Source: Paecilomyces variotii (taxonomy: Eukaryota). From it: DNA of 64,000 nt. This document shows positions 50,689 through 62,474 of the stretch, piece after piece. The notes below the pieces were generated by a model. That model was not told the origin of the DNA. It saw nothing but the letters and a program-made list of their open reading frames with translations, and made no database searches. The stretch lies in assembly GCA_004022145.1 (NCBI GenBank), contig RCNU01000004.1, one strand, 5' to 3'. Within the stretch, counting starts at the first letter, position 1; every line of letters begins with the position of its first letter. Position numbers and translations under genes: made by a program.

Positions 50689-53600
50689 ATTGACTGTCCT
50701 TCGGGCGTCCTTTCTCGAATGCCTTTCGAACTGTTGAAAAACAACTCGAAAGGCGAGACAAGAAAAGACTAAGGGGCTTGAGTCTTCTTGTGAAGGAACT
50801 GGGAGGTGGCGGACGGCGTCTGCGTTCGCTCAACCAGTTTTGATTTACAGAGATACTCAAGAAAGAGGAGAAGAAGGGAAGAAAGACAGAAGAAGCGTGC
50901 ACTGGAATGCTGGGGAAGATGCTAAGCTTCTGGAGTCTGGGGTAAAGTAAGTAATTGTACGGTTGGAATGTTAGCTGTGGAATGGAAGGGAGAAAGAAGG
51001 AGAAGAGGAAAAGAAGAAGAGAAGAGAGGAGAGCGAGAGGAGGGGGATCTTTGTATATCTGACGGGGGGCTGGCGGGGGACGACGGGCTGGCTGGGAAAG
51101 TTATTATTATTATTATTGTTTGGATGTCGTGAAGAGATAAACAACGCGTTACTGCTCCGGGCATCGCGCCGATCCCTGTCTAGATGTGATTCTTTCATTG
51201 TTATTCTTATTGTTTCTCCCCAGCCGAGGAGGAGAGAGAGATAGTCTACAACAGATCCTCCTTACTTCGTTGCCATTGCCATTGCGGACTGCTCCTCTCT
51301 CACTCTGCCATTGGGGGTTCGTATATGTATATTTATATGTACTCCAGGCGTTCTTCGCTGGCAACTCTGGTGGGCTTGTTCATTATTAGTAGACTATGGA
51401 GCTGTCCCCGATCGCTGGAAAAGCTGTCTAAGGTATGGCCTGCAGCAGCAGCAGCAACCAGCGATCCGTTCGTCCATGATTCCCCAGCCATGCAAGAACA
51501 AGAACTCTCTCGCATCGTCTCCTCTTTTTCTTACACGAGGCTGGGTTATGGTAACCTTACGCCTCTAGACTAGTTACCTAGTTAATGATCCATAGATAAT
51601 CAATCCCATGGAAACGCCCCTCGGCTCCCGCTTCTCGTTGCTCCACCTTGCAGCTTTCCTTTTCAGCTCCCCAGCTCAGCTCGCGATGAGGAAGCTCTCT
51701 CTCTCTCTCTCTCTCTTGGCTCTTTGCCATGGCAACCCCCGTCGGGAAAACACACAACTGGTCGGTCTAGAACCCATCTGGACAACCTCGGCGCCACCAT
51801 CCCCTCAAGATTGTGTGCTGAGTCGGACAATCACAGGCCTGTTAACCCGCTGTGTGATAATAATAATAACAACAACAATAGAATCCAGAATCACACCCTA
51901 CTAACTAGTATGTACAAGAGGCAACCGGATCCATTATTATTCTACCCTCTTCTACGCCAGAGCGGAGAATGAGATGGGCTGCATCTTCCCAAGAACTCCA
52001 GCCTCAGCTCCACTGGGCTGAAGGAGGGAACCCCATCAGTATCTAGCAATAATAATTGCTCGCAGAAGGCCAAACAAAAAAACCAAAAAAAAGACGCACA
52101 GGGAAGCGAACCCAGCCTGACTGGGCGAGACAAGCAGCAAGCAAGCAAGCAAGCACGCTTTATCGATACAACTAGAGTCTAGATAGCTCTAGACTACGGA
52201 GTAGACGCGCTGCAAAAGACCGACCTGCCACCATCGTGGTCTGTGTTTATTGGCCCCGACTCAACTCTCTCCATCCTGTTGCTTTCCGTCTCATCCGTGC
52301 ATCGACCTAGTTTAACCACTCACTCTCCACAAGACGCCCCATCCTCTCTCTCTTGTTTCCAAGATCCCAAGCTTGGTCCTTTCCAAAAATTGAAATGGGG
52401 TATTCCCATCGAGGCCGGTGTGCTTTGTGGGTAGTGCGCACTGACCAGACGCATTGATGATATTATTGTTTCTCAGCCCATCGCAGATCTTCTTTATCGA
52501 CAAGACTAGTGGTATCTATCTACGAGTTCTACGGAGTAAATTAATTAATTAATACTCTCTGCAATTCTGATACATATATATTTAACTTACCGCAGGGTAA
52601 GTCAAAAAAAGAAATACTAGACTAAAGGGTGCTAGACTTCAACGCCACCCGACTATGGTAAAACTGCAGCTGTTGCAAATAATAACCTCATACAGTTTTT
52701 GTGTCGGTGAAGGCAGTAAAATACCTAGGTAGGTAAGGCGGACAGCCTAGTAACTATCAGCAGTATTGTTTATTACTAGGTAGTTAGTTAGGTAGCCTAG
52801 CCTTCCTTCCTTCCTTCCTTCTTCCTCTTCTACCAGTGGCTAGTTAGACGCTTTTCAGTCCATGCCTGTGCCCTTCCATCGGGGTCCTCTCTGCGGGCCT
52901 GAATCAGATCTATCTATTTGCTGGGCCCAGCCTTTCTATTTATGTTACCTAGACTATAGATTACTCTTGGCAAGCACACTCAGCTCAGGGTAATTGCTGC
53001 ATGGGCCATGAACGAATGGTCAGCCTTATTTACCGAGGGAAAATAATGGGCTGGGGGATCGAATTCTGCATTTTCGTCTCGTTGTGGCTATATACGGCAA
53101 TTATTAGTGTAAACATACGGAGTAGTTACTGCGTAGTAATTCTCTAGAATCCTCGATATAGAGAGGTTGCTACTTTAATATCACTCAGTACAACCCCCAG
53201 CTTAGATAAAGATGTACGCAGTAGACCATACAGTTGTTCGCAGCGCCCCTGACTGCGCATATTAAATCTGATCGATTACTCAGGTCCGCTCAGGCCTATA
53301 TTATGATTATCTGGATCATGTCTTTTCTGAAACGAGAGAAACCACAAAAACCACAAGCGCACATTACCATAACTGGTTCATTCGACCAAAAAGACACGGA
53401 GGCATGGACATGCTATACTCAGTCAATTAATCGTCCGTTCGTGGCTGCAATATAACATCGGGCACGTATCACATAACGGACAAGAAACAGTATTATGGGG
53501 ATTACTTCTTCCATGCGTAGATTTGAAAAGAAAAGAAAAAGAAGAACGAAAAAAGAAAGAAGAAAGAAGAAGGAAACAAAAAAGGTGATTAGAAGAATTG

Positions 53601-53975
53601 GTGAATCCAGGCAGAAGGCAATTTTGGGTTGAGGTAACCTCGTGGATGATCATTTCCGCGTTTGGCGCTTGATACATCTCGTCCCTCGATGACAAGTGAA
53701 GATAAGACATATATGTGGTGTCAAAAAAAGGTCAAAATCAGTCATACATCCCTTTTGTCTCCGATGAAGAAAACTGAACTGAAGACAGGGAGGAAAGAAT
53801 GGAAGCAGACAATATGATATGGGCATGAAGACGACAGCCGTACTCTCCCAGAAAGTAACTGCCCCGCAAATCGTGGCAATCCGAATTGTACAGGAAGAGG
53901 AAATAAAGAATGTAATACTAATGGCAGCATTCCAGCTGCGATGGAAATAAGAAAAGAGAGGAAATAATGCAGTGT

Positions 53976-56900
53976 CTAGTCGCGCAGACCAAAGGCTCGT
54001 CTGAGCATCGGGAAGCGTTTCTTCTTCCCATTACGGCCCACGACTACGTCTGATGCCGCGCCGATAGTGCTTTGTGTCCCACGGCGACTATGCTTAGGTC
54101 TGAAGCGCAAAGCCCACAGACTCTCGCTCGCCGTATCTCCCAAATTGCGAGATCCTCTGGCATTTCCGTTCTTGGGAACGCCATCAGAGGTGAGAGGTCG
54201 CGGCGGAGGACCAGCAATTGATGCTGTCTCGTCTTCGTTCTCGGTCTGGAGTGTTTCAGCAGGTGGCCCGGACGATCTCAGCGGCCATGAGTCATGAACA
54301 TCCGTCTTGCTGAGAGAACGCTTGTGCAGCTTTGGCGATGAAGCGTAGCCGCTATCCAATGTGACTGTCCTGGTATGTCCATACCCGCTGCTGATGGAGC
54401 TGTCGCCTCGTACGTGATTGAGCTCAACTGGCGATTGTTCAAGTGGTGTACCTCTCCCGATCGGGATTTCAAGATCCGATTTACGGAATCGTTTGCCATT
54501 GTCTCGGTTTTTCTTTGGCGTCAGTCGATTGAAGATGCCTGGTCTGCCCCTTTTGCGCGACCCTGACAGCCATTGTTCGAGTTCCGCCTGGCTCATGCCT
54601 CGAACGAGAGAAGCAGCTATCGCTGCAGGGTCCGATGGGGTATCTGCGGAGACTGCCTCTTGGTGCGTTGTCGGAGGCGCCTCGTCATCAGAGCTATCTT
54701 CTAGATCAGTCGAGTCGCCGTCGTCTGCACCGCTGCGGCGTGGGATTCCCCGTACGGGGCGCAACGTCGTCACAGTTGGTTCATCATCGCTCGAGTCGTC
54801 AAAGCGGCTCCGGAACCTATGCGCTGGACCTGTCGCATCATCATCGGAGTCATCGCCGAAGCGCGACGAGAACTGGCCGGAAGGTTTGCCCTTTGAATGT
54901 TTGCCCAGTCCAGAGAATATGGATTTGTCTTGCTGGTTGCCAGCTGCTCCAGCGCTACGCAAAGTTGTGCGCATCATTCCTGATGTAGGGCCGGATGAGA
55001 ACGATCTGGTTCCATTTCGTTTCGATACAAATCCCTCGGGAGATTGAGGACGACCGCCCCCTGAACCCCTCATGGTCCGTCTCAGTGTGATTTGGCCGTC
55101 ATCTTTCGAAGCGCGCCCGGATCGCTTGAAGCTGCTGGATGAATCGCTACCATTTGACGTCGTCCGGCGGAGTACTCCGGCAAAGCCTTGGGACGACTGA
55201 GATGCTCTCTTTCCACCAGCGTTGGCTTTGATACCGTTCTGAAGAGAGGAGCTGGGAGACATAGTGTGTCTATCAGTTCCTTGGATTGGAACCCTGGCTC
55301 CCGGAACAGGGGAAACGCTCATGGATTGTCTCTTGGTCTCCAGCGTCTCAGAAGTCCGCAAGGCACTGCGCAATTGCGACGCCTGGTACGGGTCAGCGGA
55401 CATGGGTCGCATCGGTCTCTTCATATTTGCAACCGGAGGCGATGCAGGCCGTGGTTCCTGAACAGGACGGCTGATTGGCCAAGGAGGATATGGTGACGAA
55501 AAGGGACCTTCGCCAACCGAACCCAGAGAAGACACTGGTGATACTGCTTTTCCTTCGTCAGACTGCAAGGCCTTTGTTTCTAGCGCAGGCAGTAGCGCAG
55601 TACCCCGATCGGGAGCAGCCGCCGCCGTGGTCTTCACTTGACTGTCGACAATGGCGTTTATCGAGCCGAAGCCATCGCCCTCAACTGCCACTACATCTTC
55701 TGGAGCATCACTGTAAACGCTGTTACCAGAGTCGGATTCGGTATTGGACTCGAGGTCAGTCGAACCATCCCCTGTCGCAGATACGGGAAGTTTAGTTCCT
55801 GGTGCTGTGAGAGGTGTTTCCTTCTCGATAGGTGGGCTAGTCGACAAGGGGAACCCGCCTGGGATTCTGACCAACTCAAGGCTGGGCCTCACTTCCTCGA
55901 CAGCGGGAGTTGCTGGCTGCACTGCTATGACAGGCACAGTTTCTTGGCCGTCTGCTCTGGTCGACTCATCTTGAAGTAGAACACCATCGGTGTGTCCCTT
56001 GACAGGGACACCATTAGTAGACGTGGGCTCTCCTCCGTTGACTTTGATGGGAGCAGGGCGCGCACTGGCTAGTGACGAATGATCCTCGGGGCTGGAGGCG
56101 TGTTGTGCAGGTCCTTTAGGCTCTGATTCTGAATGTATTTGGAGGGCTTTCGGGTTGGAGTTGGCAATAATACCAGCGATAGCGTGATCGCTGGATAGAC
56201 CGGCCACCACACTAGCGGCATCATTAGAACGCACTGCCGCGACCGATTCGCTGGTGTTCACAGACTCCTTCACAGGCTCTTCTGGTTCAGTCTCCCTAGC
56301 ACCCCGTATACTGCCGAATGAAGGCAGAACAGGTCGAGGTTTCAAGTAGTCACCGAACTCCTCGCCATCTAGCCTGTCTGCAAGTGGCGACTTTTTCCTC
56401 CCTAGGCCAAACCAGTTTGTCTTTGATGACTTCATCTTGTCTGGTGGACTCTCGGGAACAATGTCTTCAGGAGAGGTGGGAGGGCTGGCTGCGATGCCCA
56501 CGACCTCTGCTTCATCATCAAAGCTCACTTTAGCGGTCTTTTTCTTGGACCCGACTCTCGAACCGTCATCCGATGCGATGGATGTGGCATCGGAAATCTC
56601 GCTTGGAGCCTGTCCAGTTCGAATCACCAGCGGCGTACGTCTTTCCGGAGACAATGACTGCTGAGGTGACTGCTGAGGCGACTGCTTCATAGCAGACTTG
56701 GCAGGTGACATCGACCGTGGAGGCGGTTCGTGGAGTGTCTCGCCATAATTTGAGACTGTAAGCTGTGTTGAGAACCGGGCAGACCTGCTGGGACTGAGCG
56801 AGTGAGGCCTTCCCACCCGATACTCCTCCCACTCATCGTGGGTCGTAAGCCTGCTCTGCGCGGGAGGCGGCGGTTGCGAGACCGGGGATTCGTAGACTAC

Positions 56901-58337
56901 TTCGGAAGCTGAAAGACCTGGAATAACAACAGCGTCATCTCCCTGTCCATCTTGAGCGAGCACCCCAGTGGACTGTTCAGGAGTCGAGACTCGGACCTGC
57001 AGAGGACGGCTTTCCGCAGAATCTCTGCCTGCCTCAGCCGCAGCCGCAGCGGCTTCCGCCCGTTCCTCAGCTTCATGGTCCTCACGGACAGTCGACGGCC
57101 GTTTCTTCGGTTTCGGACGCGGTATCTGATAGTCCTCCCCCGTTTCCGGTGATGCTGCAGCGCTGGGAGGCTGGGTGCTAGGAACAGCGATTTGATCCGC
57201 TGAGAATGAGCGCGGCCTCGTTTTCCCTTTCGTCTGTTGGGGCCTTCTCCTTATGTTTGCTGGGGTTGGATGATGCCTTTGAGCAACTGGCTTAGACGGT
57301 TCTTCTACTGGCGAGGAAGCCGCCTGTGCAGCTGCAACAGCAGTTCCAACTGGGCGGCCACCAGCAGTCCCGGCCGCCAGATGACTGCCTTCCGCAGATC
57401 CGGGGGCGAGAGCCTTCGTCTTCTTCTTCACTGGCTTTTCGGCAGCGTGTGAGACGGTATATTGGACATCCTCCGTTTCAGCAGCAGAGATTGCGTCATC
57501 TGATGCCCCATAACCGGCATTGTTCTTGGCCGACTCGGGCCCGCCAAGCGTGGGGGAGTGACGGGGCGAATTGACGGGATAAGAAAAGTTCACGGACGCT
57601 CTGCTTGACGCTCGTTCCAACTCTGGAACTGTGCTGAGATTGGAGGTACGATGGGCCGAAAGACTGGTTGGGGCATTAGGTGCCCTGTCCAGGCTAACGC
57701 CGCGACCAGATGGTCGTTTTACCGGGGGCGACATCGCACGCATCGGGGGCTCCATGCTTACAGAGCGTCGATGGGGAGCCGTCCGAGATGGAAGGTCCTG
57801 AGGTAGCGGAGGTACTGGAGGAGCATTCCTTGGGGGTCCTCCACTAGACACTGGACGGCGAGGCGACTGGTCCCTGAATGTCCTCGCGGCCATCGAGCCA
57901 GAACTGCTGGCTCGTCGTAGAGTCTGCACTCCCATCTGGGAGCGTATGGGAGGCCCGATGGTCGTATGCGCGGACGATATCGACGACTGCCGCTGCAGCA
58001 TCCTCTTTGTCTGGACATTTTCGACCGGTGTCGGGGTTGGAGAGAGCGTGCGGAGAGCTGTAGCCGCAGCGGCCGAGGAGAGGTTACTGCTCGATGCGCG
58101 AGATGCGAGGTATGCATGAGAGGCAGCCGTTTGAGCTGATAGTGACGGAGTTGTATTTAACGGCTATTGTGGTATACCGTCAGCGAGCTTGGACCGAGAT
58201 AGAGCAGTAGAGTAGAGATGATAAGCGAATCCATCGATTCAATGGCCACTCTTCAACTCCGCGCTACATTCTGTGATAGAGAACGAGAGCGATTGACATA
58301 CCTGGTGATGAGACGAGCTCCTCTTGCGACGAAACAT
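53976..58337 (-). CDS. Large Ser/Pro-rich disordered protein (~1400 aa), possibly eisosome Seg1-like; exons 58337-58302 and 58163-53976
   Basis: MFRRKRSSSHHQ|PLNTTPSLSAQTAASHAY...LSSAAAATALRTLSPTP; >4 kb open frame; basic amphipathic C-terminus KKKRFPMLRRAFGLRD. The CDS is clear; the Seg1 similarity is recalled, not tested. Confidence 0.75.
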
Positions 58338-59255
58338 GGTGGCGCTGAGCGTGTCTGCTGCCGCAGACGCGCGAGAAGGAGGACAGCAGCAACTGCAGAG
58401 CCACGAGGTGAGGCTGAACCGCTCACAGAGTCAACCAGACCGGCCCTGACTGTATGCCTATTCTTTCCCTGCCAACCTGCAGCAAAGAGAGAACGGACGA
58501 CGGCGAAGGCAAGCAGACGTTGCCGAATTGGGGGCGAGTGAGCCTGAGACGAGGAACGATCGCCGCAACCAGCAAAGCACGGATCGACCTGTCGCGGCCA
58601 CAGGGCTGACGGTGGGAGCGCAACAGCACGATTGAGCAGGAGACCGTCGGACCGCAAGAAGGGCCAGAGGATGATTAGCAGTGAAGAAGTGAAGAAGAAA
58701 AGAAGAAAAGAAGAAGAAAAGAGCGAACAGATGAAGTCGACATTGAGTTCGCTGTTGAGTTCGAACCGGATCAAAAAGGCCCAAGAGCTCTTCGTTGCGT
58801 CATGACCAGGAAGATCGCTGGAGATTCCGCTCAGCCTCGCCGCAGGGGAATCTGGATCGTGAGTCTTGTCCGTCATCGATGTGCCTGGCAGTTATTTAGT
58901 CTAACTAACTAACTTAGTATCATCGTTCTATAGTAGTATGGTAGTTAGGGTAACTCGTCCAGATAGCCCTGTTGTGTCAAGATCGATATATACATCCAGT
59001 ATGGATCACCGCGACACAAACTGCTTAAGTCTCATCAACTGCTCTCCACCACGGCTAATCGATATGGCTAATCGATCGCCAGATCTTCCCCGCCTGCCTT
59101 CTCACCTTGACCATGACCTGCTGCCTCTATGGTACTTTAACCCCGGGTTTTTCCTGTGGTGCATGCTGCTTCATCACGACTAGAGTAATAATCGCCGCAG
59201 CGGAACGAACTAACCTAGCCAGACAGCTACAGTTAGCACCTAATTACTTACTCTG

Positions 59256-60470
59256 ATGATGGCCGACACTACTACAAAAGCATCCCCCGTGGAGTCGTTG
59301 CCACTCCCTGCGGGTGTCACGTCCAGAATCGTCAAGACGGCCGCCCTCTCGTTCCACATTCTTGAGGCCGGATACTCTCCAGCGCGCGATCGTCCTCTCG
59401 TGCTGCTGCTGCATGGCTTTCCCGAGTTGGCCTTCTCCTGGCGCAAGGTGATGCCGCGCCTCGCGGATGCTGGGTTCTATGTCGTCGCCCCCGACCAGCG
59501 CGGGTTCGGCCGCACGACGGGCTGGGACGACCGGAGTTTTGAACTGGTCGATCTCGCAACCTTTTCGCTGACCACGCTGGTGCGCGACATGGTGGTCTTG
59601 GTCCATGCCCTGGGCTATCACTCCGTCCGATGTGTCGTGGGCCATGACTCGGGCGCCGTGTCCGCCGCCATGTGCGCGCTTGTCCGCCCAGATTTCTTCC
59701 GCAGCGTCGTCCTCCTGAGCCATCCGTTCAATGGCACGCCTGTGCTGCCCTTCAACACGGCCAACGACCCGGCTGCTGCTTCGGCGGCGAGGGCCAGCGG
59801 CGGCGCAGAGGGCGCGGCACCCGATGTCCACGGCGCACTGGCAGCGCTGGGCCGGAAACACTACAAATGGTACTACTCGACCGAGTCTGCCAACTCGGAT
59901 ATGATGACGGCCGCCCAAGGGCTTCAGCATTTCCTGCGGGGATATTTTCACCTCAAGAGCGGGTCGTGGGCCCGCAACGACCCGCATCCTCTCGGCGCCT
60001 GGACCGCATCCGAACTGGCCCAGCTGCCATACTACTACATCATGCCCTTGGATGCCACCATGCCTGAGGCTGTTGCGCTGGATATGGCCAACGAACCTCC
60101 CGCAGACCAACTCGCATCTCACTCCTGGCTTCCAGACGCGGACCTGGCCGTCTATGTTGCTGAATACTCCCGCACCACCTTCCAGGGCGGCCTGAATTGG
60201 TATCGAGTCCGTACGGCAGCCGGTGGCCGCTACACCCACGACTTGGATACGTTTGCAGGGAAGAAGATCGAAGTCCCCTGCGCCTTTATCTCTGGTCGAC
60301 AGGACTGGGGGACCTACCAAGAGCCTGGGGCCGTCGAGAAGATGGCTAACGGTACTGTGTGTACGGATTTTCGCTTCTTGCAGATTGTTGATGGCGCGGG
60401 CCACTGGGTGCCCCAGGAGAAGCCGGAGGAAGTCGTCGAAGGGATCCTTCGACTGATCAACAGCACTTGA
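59256..60470 (+). CDS. Epoxide-hydrolase-like alpha/beta hydrolase (single exon, 404 aa)
   Basis: LLLHGFPELAFSWR (oxyanion HGFP), APDQRGFG, VGHDSGA (Asp nucleophile), GLNWYR (lid Tyr), GAGHWVPQE (catalytic His). Confidence 0.9.
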   Translation: MMADTTTKASPVESLPLPAGVTSRIVKTAALSFHILEAGYSPARDRPLVLLLHGFPELAFSWRKVMPRLADAGFYVVAPDQRGFGRTTGWDDRSFELVDLATFSLTTLVRDMVVLVHALGYHSVRCVVGHDSGAVSAAMCALVRPDFFRSVVLLSHPFNGTPVLPFNTANDPAAASAARASGGAEGAAPDVHGALAALGRKHYKWYYSTESANSDMMTAAQGLQHFLRGYFHLKSGSWARNDPHPLGAWTASELAQLPYYYIMPLDATMPEAVALDMANEPPADQLASHSWLPDADLAVYVAEYSRTTFQGGLNWYRVRTAAGGRYTHDLDTFAGKKIEVPCAFISGRQDWGTYQEPGAVEKMANGTVCTDFRFLQIVDGAGHWVPQEKPEEVVEGILRLINST

Positions 60471-60894
60471 GTGACACGACATGTAGTATTCTGATTTCAT
60501 TCTTCGGTCTCGATTTGATCTGTACCTCATGTTTTAGCTCTGTGGGCCGTATGCCGCCACACTCACTGCGGGCAGTGCTCCATAAGTAATATATCCAGAA
60601 TACACCTGCTGATAACATGTATTTGCACTCGTAGGATAATACGTCTATTTCTTATTGTCTCAAGATGCACATGCCGCATTCTTAATACATATCATTTTCC
60701 AGAAAAACATGCATTGCCTATTCTGGCATTTGGACCAGCGGCACGAGCATGTCTATATAGTATTCATTTATCATATCACGACAGGCCACTTCTCAAGAAA
60801 ACTAAAAATCAAACTAGAGATTTCTACTCCATATAGCTAGATAATAAATAACTTGCTCCAACCTGCTCCAACCCACCCACCGCCTCTAAACCAC

Positions 60895-61780
60895 CTAACA
60901 ACCCTCTCTCACCAAGTCTCTATAAGGATTATTCGGATCCTGCTCCTCTTCCTCCACAGACTGAATCGTCTTCTTCACCCGACACGGATTACCAACCGCA
61001 ACCGAATACGGTGGAATATCCGCCGTGACAACGGATCCCGCCCCGATCGTCGAACCCTTCCCGATCCTAACTCCTGGTAAAATCACCACATTACCTCCGA
61101 TCCAGCAATCATCCTCGATGAAAATCGGATGGCCGAACTCGACGCCCTTCCGTCGTGACAGAACGCTGGTATCATGACCGGCGGTGAAAATACTCACTCC
61201 GGTAGCGATCTGGACTCGGTCTCCGATCACAACGAGGCTTGTGTCGAGGACTGTTAGGCTATATTATTCATTTCTTATTATCAGCAATTCCATTCCATGC
61301 GGAAAGGAGAAAACGCCGGGCGAGGGGAAGGGGGGTATACTAACTTCCAATTAATAAAACAATCCTTCCCGATAATGATATTACATCCGTAATCAGGTAA
61401 GAAAGGCGGCTCTATAAATGTCCCATCGCCAACTCTTCCAACGACTTTGCGTAGGAGTTCGAGACGCTTCTCGTAGATTTGATCATATGGGATACTCTTC
61501 GTGTCTAAACTGTTGTAGTCGGATGTCACGCCACGACAGTAATGGCGAGCTTCGATGAGTTTGGGGTTGATGGGGTTGTACCTGTATACATATATAGATA
61601 TTTGATGAGTAATTTAAAAATTCATTATTATTATTGGAGTGATTTGGTTGTATGTTCCGTCGCAAGCCCAACAACTTACATCATTCCGGAAATCATGCGT
61701 TCGTATTCCTCGCACATTGGCACCCTAGGCAGATCGCGGGCGAGGGCGATGATTTCAGGACGCTTTGCGGTCGCAGCCAT
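60895..61780 (-). CDS. Maltose/galactoside O-acetyltransferase family (hexapeptide repeat); exons 61780-61680, 61581-61345, 61258-60895
   Basis: EYERMISGMMYNP (Mac domain), FIEPPFLPDYGCNIIIG, WIGGNVVILPGVRIGKGSTIGAGSVVTADIPPYSVAVGNPCRV. Confidence 0.9.
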
Positions 61781-62474
61781 GATGTTGGTTGGTGGTCTTT
61801 CTGATGTGTGTTGATGAGGAGAGTTGGTATTGATGTGTGTGCGGGACAGAGAAATAGATATATGTCTAGGTATGGTGTTTATTTTTGCCCCCACTTTTCT
61901 GTGAATGAATCAAACACTGCCAATGGACTGATCGTCTCCATCCATGTACCTACCTAGGTACCTTCTGAGATATAGTAAGTAAGTAGCTCGCCAGGTTCTG
62001 TGCAGAAACTCTCTGGTAGAGTATGGCTATGGCGTCAGGTTCAGGCCGGGCTGCCGCTTTAAGTAGGTGTTCGGTCAGCCCCGAGGTTTCCCCGCGTAGA
62101 CTACTTGTGGCTTGCTTCCAGATGGGTAACAGAGAGCGTCTGGATTGTCTTGGGTTCAGGAAAGATATATAGTATTCTAAGCTAAAAAAATAGTGATGTG
62201 CAATAGAGTGCCTGGAATCTGTGGCGTACTAATGCCCTTAATAGTACTATTGCTGTGTTCTTTTCTTTGAGAGCTACCTCATCGTTTATGGATTGGCCTC
62301 GAGTATGTGGAGGGAAGATGGGAAAGCCTGATAGAGCCCAGACAAATATCTATCTATATATCTATATAGAAATAAATTTACGCGGCACAATGTTCGAGAT
62401 AGAAAATACCCAAGGCCCCACGATTCATCTTTCTGAATATCCTGGATACCCGAGTCTAATCCGTTCAGTCCCCT

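Noticed and set aside
59244-60530. 428-aa minus-strand ORF antisense to the epoxide hydrolase
   Set aside because: Mirrors a GC-rich CDS; all catalytic motifs are on the plus strand.
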